From Bacteroidales bacterium (lineage in GTDB: Bacteria; Bacteroidota; Bacteroidia; Bacteroidales; UBA10428): 64,000 nt of DNA. Position 1 is the stretch's first letter; each line of letters opens with the position of its first letter. Position numbers and translations under genes: made by a program. The stretch spans positions 16,203 through 80,202 of the forward strand of contig JAWOHT010000133.1 in the NCBI GenBank assembly GCA_046485045.1. Reading direction: 5' to 3'. The notes beneath the pieces were generated by a model. The model searched no databases. It had not been told where the DNA came from and saw only the letters and a program-made list of their open reading frames with translations. Positions 31,283 through 39,597 of the stretch are shown one piece after another.

Positions 31283-32986
31283 TTACTCATTATTACTTAA
31301 CACCCTATATCTGTTCGTGCCAGGATAGCCATCAACAACAGTTCTTAATTCTTTAAATTTAGTTTCATCCAGATTTTTCATATCTTTCATTGATATTTTC
31401 TTATACTCAACACCCCAATCATTCAATTTTTGGCTCATTGAGTCATCGAACCAATACATGCAAATTTCAATTGGCTTGCCTTGTTTTTTTATTTCTGAAA
31501 AATGTTGTTGCAGTTTTCCGGTCTCCCTATACACCCAACTCAAATGAATAAATAAGACAATCAGCCCATTAACAATAATCAAACTTACCATAGTCAGGTT
31601 TAATATGGACTTTAATTTTGATGATTTAGATAAAAACGATGCAAAAATTAAACTGATTGGAAAAAGCCATAGTTGAGGGCCAAATCTCGCCCACCAAAAA
31701 TGCCTGCTTAACATCAATGAAATAAATATCGCCAAAACAGGTATTAAGAGATGCCATCGGTTTTTACCCAAAAAGATTAGCAAAAAAATCAGATAAACAA
31801 AAGACAATATCAAAACACCACTAAAGAAAGGCCCAAAAGCGGATACTCTTAAATCATGAAAACGATACACATTCCAATCTGATATTTTTGAAGTAAAGGG
31901 TAAAATTAATTCTGCATTTATTTGATTATTATATGGGGCATTACTTGGCCTGCTAAAATTCGCATAGAAAAACCGCATAAAAGTGGCTTTTCCCATCATG
32001 TTTTTAGGAGTTTCATATTTTTCGTTTCCGTCTTTGCCCTCAGAAGTATGACTTGGATATTCTTCTGTCCCCATAATCGGATAAAATGGATGCCCGCGAT
32101 GAATGAAATTGGTCACATATGGATTATACCCGAAAACACCAACCCCCATAATCAATATAATCGCATGAATGCCAATATATTTGAAAATAAATTTTTGTTT
32201 ATATACTAAAAAATACACAAAGCCAAAGAATGCAAAAACACATAAGAAAACCAATCCTGTGAACTTAATGTTAATTATGCAAACACCGGCCAATATTCCT
32301 ATAAGAAGAGACATATTACCATAAGTGCGCAACCATGAAAAAATTGCTACCATATAGATAACAAGGTGTAAATATAAATTGTTATCGTTTTGAAATGTTG
32401 TTATTTCACTCCAGACAACAGGGTGCAGTGTTACTAAAATGGCCAAGACTATCGATTTGAACTTCGAAACCTTATACTCTATGGATGTTGCATAAACCAT
32501 TAATGCAACAATAGCTATCATTATTATATTCAAACACTTTCCTGCCTCAAAAGTACCTAATGTACTGTAAACAGAGGCTGAAAAATACCATGTCCCTTTT
32601 GGGAAATGCAAAATAGATTTATGCGCTTCATCCAGGGGATTAAGAAAGGCATTCCAACCGCTTTCAAGTTTATAAATAGCTGAATGATGATACCATTGTC
32701 CGTCAAATGTAAAGTCGAAAAATTGAGTTGAAAATAGCATTGAAAAAATAATCAGAATAAAACTGATGATTGTGGGCAAATACAATTTTATTCCACAAAA
32801 CCCATCTCGTTTGCCCAAATAAATACTCAGGAAAGAAGCAATTAAAAACGACAAAGGAAAAACGACCGGCAAAACCTTGGCCGATGTCAGGAATGAAATT
32901 ATTACCAAAAGATGGTTTATAAAAACAAAACCCATTAACAAAAAGGCCATATTCCAGTGTAAACGTATATTTGGAACACGTTCCAT
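31283..32986 (-). CDS. Hypothetical polytopic membrane protein (GT-C / O-antigen-polymerase-like topology)
   Basis: 567 aa with at least 10 predicted hydrophobic helices, a central loop and a soluble C-terminal tail. The gene is very AT-rich. No family recognised. Confidence 0.5.
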   Translation of the reverse strand: MERVPNIRLHWNMAFLLMGFVFINHLLVIISFLTSAKVLPVVFPLSFLIASFLSIYLGKRDGFCGIKLYLPTIISFILIIFSMLFSTQFFDFTFDGQWYHHSAIYKLESGWNAFLNPLDEAHKSILHFPKGTWYFSASVYSTLGTFEAGKCLNIIMIAIVALMVYATSIEYKVSKFKSIVLAILVTLHPVVWSEITTFQNDNNLYLHLVIYMVAIFSWLRTYGNMSLLIGILAGVCIINIKFTGLVFLCVFAFFGFVYFLVYKQKFIFKYIGIHAIILIMGVGVFGYNPYVTNFIHRGHPFYPIMGTEEYPSHTSEGKDGNEKYETPKNMMGKATFMRFFYANFSRPSNAPYNNQINAELILPFTSKISDWNVYRFHDLRVSAFGPFFSGVLILSFVYLIFLLIFLGKNRWHLLIPVLAIFISLMLSRHFWWARFGPQLWLFPISLIFASFLSKSSKLKSILNLTMVSLIIVNGLIVLFIHLSWVYRETGKLQQHFSEIKKQGKPIEICMYWFDDSMSQKLNDWGVEYKKISMKDMKNLDETKFKELRTVVDGYPGTNRYRVLSNNE

Positions 32987-33086
32987 AAAATTTTTTAATG
33001 TTTAAATTGAATGATTTTGAAAAATGAAATATAAATCTTCATTGATATATTAATCCTTGTCTGCTAATTTTTAGCTAAATACAAAA

Positions 33087-33479
33087 CTATTTAGTTACAA
33101 TTAGAGAACTCAATATTTCTTCTACCTCTTTTGAAGAAGCAATCATTACATCTTCTACAATTCCGCCCATTGATTTAGCCAAAACTCCTGTATTCATTCG
33201 TGAAATGTAGGATTTGCCATTGCCTTTTTCATAAACGCTTACTCTGCAAGGCATTAATGACGAAACAATTCTTTCGTCGTCTTTCAATAAAATTTTACCT
33301 GAATGTTTTGGATGACATAAAGCAAAAACTTTTATGGGTAAAACTTCTGTTCCATTCTTTTTTAATGTTTCTTGTAAATCATGAACTACTGAAACTTTCC
33401 AATTTTTTTTCTCAATTTCGGCTGTCAATTTTTCGACTGTTTCGGCAAAATTGTATTTGCTTTCATTTTCTAAAAACAT
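33087..33479 (-). CDS. DUF302 domain-containing protein
   Basis: 130 aa. NFAETVEKLTAEIEKKNWKV...VFALCHPKHSGKIL...MPCRVSVYE fits the DUF302 pattern. Confidence 0.7.
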   Translation of the reverse strand: MFLENESKYNFAETVEKLTAEIEKKNWKVSVVHDLQETLKKNGTEVLPIKVFALCHPKHSGKILLKDDERIVSSLMPCRVSVYEKGNGKSYISRMNTGVLAKSMGGIVEDVMIASSKEVEEILSSLIVTK

Positions 33480-33783
33480 TTGTTCGTTGTTTTGAGTGGT
33501 TTGTGTTTCAACACTTTTTCCAAATATATCTACTTTATGTTCAAAAGTTAAATATTCCTACAATATACAAATTTTTCTTACACTTTGCAGAGCACTCTTA
33601 AGATAGTTCAAAACAATGAAATATATTTTAATAAGTCAGGTTCAGCCCGGGAGGATATATGCACTTGAGGCAGGTCGACGAACACCAATTCTAACTTTTC
33701 TAAAAAATTTTACCAGGTATTCTGGCTATATTCGCATTTTTTAACATCATTCATCCTAAAGTTCGAATTTAATTGTATTAAGC

Positions 33784-34617
33784 ATGCTCCACGAAATTTA
33801 TCCCCACCGTTTCAACAACCAATTCCTCACACATAAAAGTATCGGAGAGAACGATTATATCCTTCATTATCATGATAATTCTTTGCTGCTAAAAATAGAA
33901 GGTGAAGATTTTGTGCTGCCTCAAAAAAAAGACTTTCCTGAAATGGCAGGTTCTGGAAAACATACTTTTTTATTTACCCTTGATGATTTACCATGCTTTC
34001 TTCTTTGGGATAACCCGAATGCTGACTCAGCCCGCTATCTTTATAAGGATATCAGTATATTCAGGAATATGAAGCAGCAGGAATATGCATGGATAAGCCT
34101 TGCCGGGTTTCAATTGATGAACTGGTATATACAAAACAGGTTTTGCGGTAACTGCGGAACAGCAACACAACATAAGTCCGATGAGAGGGCGATAGTATGT
34201 CTGGTGTGCGGTTTGGTTGTATATCCAAATATTTCTCCTGCAATTATAGTGGCCGTAATTAGTAATGATAAGTTACTGCTGGCCCGCGGATCGAATTTCA
34301 CTGGAAGCTGGTATTCGTTGATTGCAGGATATGTTGATATTGGTGAACCACTTGAGGAGACCGTGGCGCGAGAGGTAAAGGAGGAGGTGGGGCTTGATGT
34401 ATGGAATATCAGGTACTTTAAAAGCCAGCCCTGGCCCCTGTCGGGCTCGATAATGATTGGTTTTGTAGCCGAAGCCGATGAGCACCAGCCCCTTACTATA
34501 AACAATAAAGAAATTGCTGATGCCGCTTGGTTTACCAGGGGTTTACTACCCGAACACCCACCTGTATTAGGGATTTCGGGCGAGATGATTGAAAAGTTTG
34601 AAAAAGAAGAGTTATAA
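33784..34617 (+). CDS. nudC: NAD(+) diphosphatase / NADH pyrophosphatase (Nudix)
   Basis: Zinc ribbon CGNCG...CLVCG followed by the Nudix box GYVDIGEPLEETVAREVKEEVGL and SQPWPLSGSIMIGF. Confidence 0.9.
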   Translation: MLHEIYPHRFNNQFLTHKSIGENDYILHYHDNSLLLKIEGEDFVLPQKKDFPEMAGSGKHTFLFTLDDLPCFLLWDNPNADSARYLYKDISIFRNMKQQEYAWISLAGFQLMNWYIQNRFCGNCGTATQHKSDERAIVCLVCGLVVYPNISPAIIVAVISNDKLLLARGSNFTGSWYSLIAGYVDIGEPLEETVAREVKEEVGLDVWNIRYFKSQPWPLSGSIMIGFVAEADEHQPLTINNKEIADAAWFTRGLLPEHPPVLGISGEMIEKFEKEEL

Positions 34618-34702
34618 CAGGCCTTTCGTTGCACGGTTGGTTTTTTAAGCCGCCAGTTGCCGCCGCGGGCTTGGCCTGCTGCATATATCAAATATGCCGG
34701 CT

Positions 34703-35332
34703 TTATTTTATCATCTTTACCGAAATTGGGCGATATCCCACATCTCCAATTCCAATAATACCATAAACTGTTTCACCCTTCTGAATATCCCTGTTTAAAA
34801 TATTATATTTATATAATTCATCAAGCAAATTTTTGTTTGCTGTGCCGGCTACGGCCATATTCCCAATTGTAATGGCTGGTCCAAGTACGATTCCAATTGG
34901 ATAGGTTTGAGTGGATACTCCATTATAAGTACCTTTTGTTACATATAAATTCGTAAAAGTAAATATTAAATAAGGCAAATATCCTGGTACAATCTGCTTG
35001 ATAGATTCTTTTATTACTATAGGTTCCATAGGAAATATCTGGCTTTGACCCGAAAAAAAAGCTGCATCTTTACCAATATTAATAACCGAATCTGTATAGT
35101 TCGTTATTTTTATAGCTATCAGTTTAATCCCTCTTTTATATTCTTTTTTTGCATATTTATTATTCCCGTTTTCTCTAAGTACATCATGCTTGTACGACAG
35201 CCCTATCCCATCTTGCAAATCATGTGAGGTGTAGTTTAACCTCGGAGGATTAATTGGTTTATAAGTAGCTGCACAGCCTGATAAAAGTATCACAAATGTG
35301 AATGTTAAAATTTTTGAAATTGCTTTTTTCAT
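34703..35332 (-). CDS. Hypothetical lipoprotein
   Basis: The lipobox is ILLSGCAAT. 209 aa. No family recognised. Confidence 0.5.
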   Translation of the reverse strand: MKKAISKILTFTFVILLSGCAATYKPINPPRLNYTSHDLQDGIGLSYKHDVLRENGNNKYAKKEYKRGIKLIAIKITNYTDSVINIGKDAAFFSGQSQIFPMEPIVIKESIKQIVPGYLPYLIFTFTNLYVTKGTYNGVSTQTYPIGIVLGPAITIGNMAVAGTANKNLLDELYKYNILNRDIQKGETVYGIIGIGDVGYRPISVKMIK

Positions 35333-35614
35333 TGGTTAAATAATTGCATTTTGTTAAACATATTTTACTTGTTTATTAATGGATGCTAAAGCATTTGATG
35401 GTATGATTTCGTGCGGGTTTACGAGGCGGTTCCTTTCAGTCATTGTTGACACATAATATTTTACTTGTCAAATATAACAACATTTTGAAAGGATAAGAAA
35501 TAACTATCAAATTATACGATTTCAAAATTACCAAATCAAATTATACGTTTTTTTGATAGCATCGATACTGTCAGGCAAATTCACGGGTTGAAAAACGAAC
35601 CAAACGCACCCATG

Positions 35615-36724
35615 CTAATACCACTTAAATATTTTAAGCCCGATAAAAGACAATAGGAGTCCAGATACGCTTAACACCAAAAATTCAGGCATTATTTCTT
35701 TTACCCCGGTACCTTCGATAAAGATACTCCGGATATTGTCTGTTAAAATGGTCAGGGGTAATTTTTTGATGACTGGAATAACTGCTTCGGGAAAATTATG
35801 GTAACTGAAGAATATGCCTGAAACTATAGTCATAGGCATGCTGATGAAGTTTATCAGTCCGTTGCCCACATTTGAATTGGCGGTTCGAGAAGAGATAAGC
35901 ACTGCAAAGCCCATGAAACATAAATTACCGGCAAGAAACATCATAATAAATGCAACCAGACTGCCTTGTATGGCAAGGTTGAAATAGAACCGGCTGAAAA
36001 CCAGTAAAATCATAGCCTCAATTATTGTCAGGCACATCCGTGAAACAAAATGGGACAACAGGAAATAAGACTTTTTCATGGGTGTGGCAATCATTCTTCT
36101 CAGTAGCTTTCGCGAACGCATGTCAATAAAGGTATAGCTGATACCCCAAAGGATTGAGTTCATAATACCAATGGCAATAAGCCCGGGTACGAGATAATCA
36201 ATATATCTTGTGCCTACAGTGATAAGCGGTTTGATTTCTGCATTCTTAAAAACATATTGTTCTTTTTCAATAGCTGCAGAGAGTATTAGGTAATTCAGCC
36301 TTGCTTCAGCCGTTCCGGGATCAAAATGGTAATGCAGGCTATCGGCTGTTTCCATAATCATAATTGATGTCTGTCCGCGCTTTACCATAAGTATGGCCGA
36401 GTCGCGGTTTACCTGAATAATCCTGTACACCAGTCTGCCGGTTTTTTTATCCCCAAGCTCTTTTCTGTATCCGGTAATTTTACCAGATAAACTGTCGTAT
36501 AATGGTTTTGAACCTGCAAGAAAATCATTTAGCTGAACATGGTTTTCAGAAACATCCCTTACAAGTGCAATGGTCTGCATGGTTTCAGCTTTTTCTGAAA
36601 AGGCCACACCCAATACCCATGCCATCGCAATCGGAAAAATAACTGACCAGAAAACCACTCCGGGTTCTCTTAAAAAATCTTTAAACCTGATTAATATCAT
36701 CTGGTATAACGGGTGGTGCATCAT
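35615..36724 (-). CDS. ABC-2 type transporter permease
   Basis: 369 aa with one N-terminal TM, an extracytoplasmic loop and a cluster of 5 C-terminal TMs. It lies immediately downstream of the ATPase gene. Confidence 0.8.
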   Translation of the reverse strand: MMHHPLYQMILIRFKDFLREPGVVFWSVIFPIAMAWVLGVAFSEKAETMQTIALVRDVSENHVQLNDFLAGSKPLYDSLSGKITGYRKELGDKKTGRLVYRIIQVNRDSAILMVKRGQTSIMIMETADSLHYHFDPGTAEARLNYLILSAAIEKEQYVFKNAEIKPLITVGTRYIDYLVPGLIAIGIMNSILWGISYTFIDMRSRKLLRRMIATPMKKSYFLLSHFVSRMCLTIIEAMILLVFSRFYFNLAIQGSLVAFIMMFLAGNLCFMGFAVLISSRTANSNVGNGLINFISMPMTIVSGIFFSYHNFPEAVIPVIKKLPLTILTDNIRSIFIEGTGVKEIMPEFLVLSVSGLLLSFIGLKIFKWY

Positions 36725-36727
36725 GGT

Positions 36728-37720
36728 TTATTCATTGTCTGATAAGGTTCTGCCTGTCATCTCAACAAAAAGATCTTCAAGGGTCATCTTGCGGCATTCC
36801 AGACTTTTTAAGGTATAATCGAGCGAATGTGCATGCTTCATAAATACCGGCAGTGTTTCTACAATTTCATTGATGATGAGTTTGCATTTGCCCGATTGTT
36901 CATCCCATTCAATATTTCGTATGCCGGGGAGACACGAAAAATCGGGTTTTTGATCTGGATTGTCGGGAATAAATTCAATGATTTCGCCCGAATTATTTCC
37001 CCATAATAGCTCGTGTAAGGTGCCGCGTGCAAGCATCCGTCCCTTATGCATAATAACTATCTTATCGCACAGGTACGATGCCTCTTCCATGTAATGGGTG
37101 GTGAGTATCATGGTGGTCTTTTCACGTTGTTTCAGGTCGAGCAGTATTCTCCAGATTTCACGTCTCGAAGCAGGATCAAGGCCGGTGGTTGGTTCATCAA
37201 GGAGAAGGATACTGGGTTTGTTAATGAGGGCTATTCCCAGCGCCAGCCTTTGACGCTGTCCCCCCGATAAATTAACTGTATACGATTTGGTTTTCTCCTG
37301 CAGCCCTGTAAGCTCAATAATTTCGTCCACCCTTTTCCCGGATTCGGAATAAAAAGAAGCGAACAAAACAAGTGTTTCTTTCACAGTTAGCTTATCAATA
37401 AACCGTGTTTCCTGTAAAGAAATACCTATCGCACGGTGTAAAAAATCTTTATGACCGCCCCAATGTTTGTTCAACAGAAGAATTTCGCCACTATCCGGAT
37501 GTTGTAAACCCTCAATCATTTCAACCAGGGTGGTTTTGCCAGCCCCGTTAGGCCCAAGCAGGGCAAGATATTCTCCTTTCTTAACTTCAAGAGAAATATC
37601 GTCTACAGCATGCACATTTTTAAAACTCTTGCTAACATTCTTAATCTCAACAATATTTTCTGCTGCCTTTTTCAATGGGTCTGAAATGCTATCGCTGATT
37701 TTACTCCTGGTACTGCTCAA
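36728..37720 (-). CDS. ABC transporter ATP-binding protein
   Basis: Walker A GPNGAGKTT, signature LSGGQRQRL and Walker B LLLDEPT. Confidence 0.92.
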   Translation of the reverse strand: MSSTRSKISDSISDPLKKAAENIVEIKNVSKSFKNVHAVDDISLEVKKGEYLALLGPNGAGKTTLVEMIEGLQHPDSGEILLLNKHWGGHKDFLHRAIGISLQETRFIDKLTVKETLVLFASFYSESGKRVDEIIELTGLQEKTKSYTVNLSGGQRQRLALGIALINKPSILLLDEPTTGLDPASRREIWRILLDLKQREKTTMILTTHYMEEASYLCDKIVIMHKGRMLARGTLHELLWGNNSGEIIEFIPDNPDQKPDFSCLPGIRNIEWDEQSGKCKLIINEIVETLPVFMKHAHSLDYTLKSLECRKMTLEDLFVEMTGRTLSDNE

Positions 37721-38387
37721 CCTTGCCCCCGACTGAAGTATTGATATTTTTTAATGCGGGGTTGCCTTTATAACTAAGATACCCGCCTGTTGATACATCT
37801 GCATCAAGAGTATTTTCCACCTGTATTTTTGCTTTCGCGTTTGAAGAGACTTTTATATTAATCTCGTCGCTTTCCACATCAAATACAGAAAGGGTTGCAC
37901 CTGTGGCGACAGTAGCTTCCTGTCTCACTGCATATCCATCAGCCGCGATTAAAGCGCCCTCGGTAAGTCTGCTTCGGAGGAATTTAATATCTATATCCAG
38001 ATAACCCTTTGCCCCCGATTCAAGGTCAATGGCCAATGAATCCTGTTTCATCAGGCCCGAAGTAGAAATTTCAGACCTCCCCGAACCATTGATGCTGGCA
38101 ATCTCTTTATAAAATAGCTTTACCATGACTTTCATTTTGGAGAAAGAGGTTTTATCAAGCCGTAAAGTGAGCACTCCACCAGTAACTTCTGTTAAAACAT
38201 TGTCAGGAGTGGTACCTTGTGCTGTTATTTCTGCCGATTCAATGTCAGCTTTTACCAATTGAACAAGAATGCCGTTTTTAACTTCAATTTTATCGAAAGC
38301 ACTCAGGTTCCTGGTGTGGGCGTTCTGACCCGGGGCTGTTATTGGCATCAAGACCAGGGCAATTGCCAGAGTGAATAAATTTTTCAT
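37701..38387 (-). CDS. DUF2807 (head GIN domain) secreted protein
   Basis: It has a signal peptide and repetitive beta-strand segments (FDKIEVKNGILVQLVK...GVLTLRL). It overlaps the ATPase start by 20 nt. Confidence 0.6.
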   Translation of the reverse strand: MKNLFTLAIALVLMPITAPGQNAHTRNLSAFDKIEVKNGILVQLVKADIESAEITAQGTTPDNVLTEVTGGVLTLRLDKTSFSKMKVMVKLFYKEIASINGSGRSEISTSGLMKQDSLAIDLESGAKGYLDIDIKFLRSRLTEGALIAADGYAVRQEATVATGATLSVFDVESDEINIKVSSNAKAKIQVENTLDADVSTGGYLSYKGNPALKNINTSVGGKVEQYQE

Positions 38388-38635
38388 GCCTTTTGAATGT
38401 TAATTGTTAAAATTAATGATATTCTTAATGTGTTAAGCAAACTATCCGGATAAATGTTCATTGATCTGCACAATGCATTTTTCTAACGATTTTATTAAGT
38501 ACCTATTGCAGGTTAAGAACATTGTTTTTTTTTGACAGGGCATTCATTTAAAGAATATTATTGTAAACAGATATCGTCAAATTATGGCAGAAACCTTATA
38601 TTTACATAAAACTTAACAATTCTTGATTTAATTTT

Positions 38636-39238
38636 ATGAAAAAAAATTTTGGAATACAACACGAAGAGGAAGATGAGGTGAATGTTCATTCTTTCAACCC
38701 CCTGCAAAAAATTATTGACAAAAAATTCCTTGAAGAAAGAACAATCTTTCTCTGGGGCGAGGTAAACGATGAATCTTCAAGAGATATTGTAAGTAAGCTC
38801 ATTTACCTTGAAAAGCAAAAAACGGGCGAAAAGATTACATTCTTTATCAACAGTCCCGGTGGTATGGTAACATCTGGAATGGCTATTTACGATACCATGC
38901 AGCTTATCAGTTCACCTGTTTCAACCGTTTGTATGGGTTTGGCAGCCTCAATGGGTTCAATTCTGCTTTCGGCAGGTATTAAGGGCGAACGGTATATTTA
39001 TCCGTATGCCGAGGTGATGATCCATCAGCCAAGCGTGGGGATGATTCGCGGCGCTGCTGCCGATATTGAAATACACACACGCCAGATTGTCAAAACCAGG
39101 AATATCTCGGCAGAAATACTTGCCAAAAACTGCGGACAAACCACCGAAAAGATATTAAAAGATTTTAACCGCGACTACTGGATGGATGCCAGGGAAAGCA
39201 TAGAATACGGGATTGTGGATAAAATTTATTCTTTTTAA
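38636..39238 (+). CDS. clpP: ClpP-family serine protease subunit (divergent N-terminus)
   Basis: FINSPGG, catalytic Ser in GLAASMGS, His in MIHQPS and Asp in NRDYWMDA. The N-terminal region differs from canonical ClpP axial-loop sequences. Confidence 0.8.
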   Translation: MKKNFGIQHEEEDEVNVHSFNPLQKIIDKKFLEERTIFLWGEVNDESSRDIVSKLIYLEKQKTGEKITFFINSPGGMVTSGMAIYDTMQLISSPVSTVCMGLAASMGSILLSAGIKGERYIYPYAEVMIHQPSVGMIRGAAADIEIHTRQIVKTRNISAEILAKNCGQTTEKILKDFNRDYWMDARESIEYGIVDKIYSF

Positions 39239-39597
39239 TGTAATGCAAAATGGGTAAACTGCCTGCTCGAGAACAGGCATTTGAACTGCTTACAAAATAG
39301 CAATCTTTGATAGCGATTAAGATTGGCTTCGCCGAGCTTTGGTTCGCTTATATAAAATCGAAACTAACCGGAAGTAAATCTGATGTTGTGCCGGGTATTG
39401 CTGCTACAGACCAATATCATCAATCTGATATGATTGAATTCAACAACGCTGGTTCAATTAAAAGTGAACTAATTAAAACCCTTATGCGAAAAATCGGGAC
39501 TTAATTGCTACTGCGTCTGTTGTTGCCCTATTTGTTAATAAATAAACCGGTTTCCCTTGGATTTAAGTTATATTTTAGCCTCATTACAGGAGGTTGT

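Noticed and set aside
33200-33601. 133-aa plus-strand ORF
   Set aside because: It is antisense to the DUF302 gene and runs into AT-rich intergenic DNA. The peptide is Phe/Leu/Lys-rich and typical of AT-rich noise.
34110-34691. 193-aa minus-strand ORF
   Set aside because: It is antisense to nudC, which has clear zinc-ribbon and Nudix motifs. The ORF has no motifs of its own.
39307-39504. 65-aa TTG-initiated ORF between clpP and the histidine kinase
   Set aside because: It has a non-ATG start, no ribosome-binding or promoter motif, and no recognisable family. I left it unannotated, though a small gene cannot be excluded.
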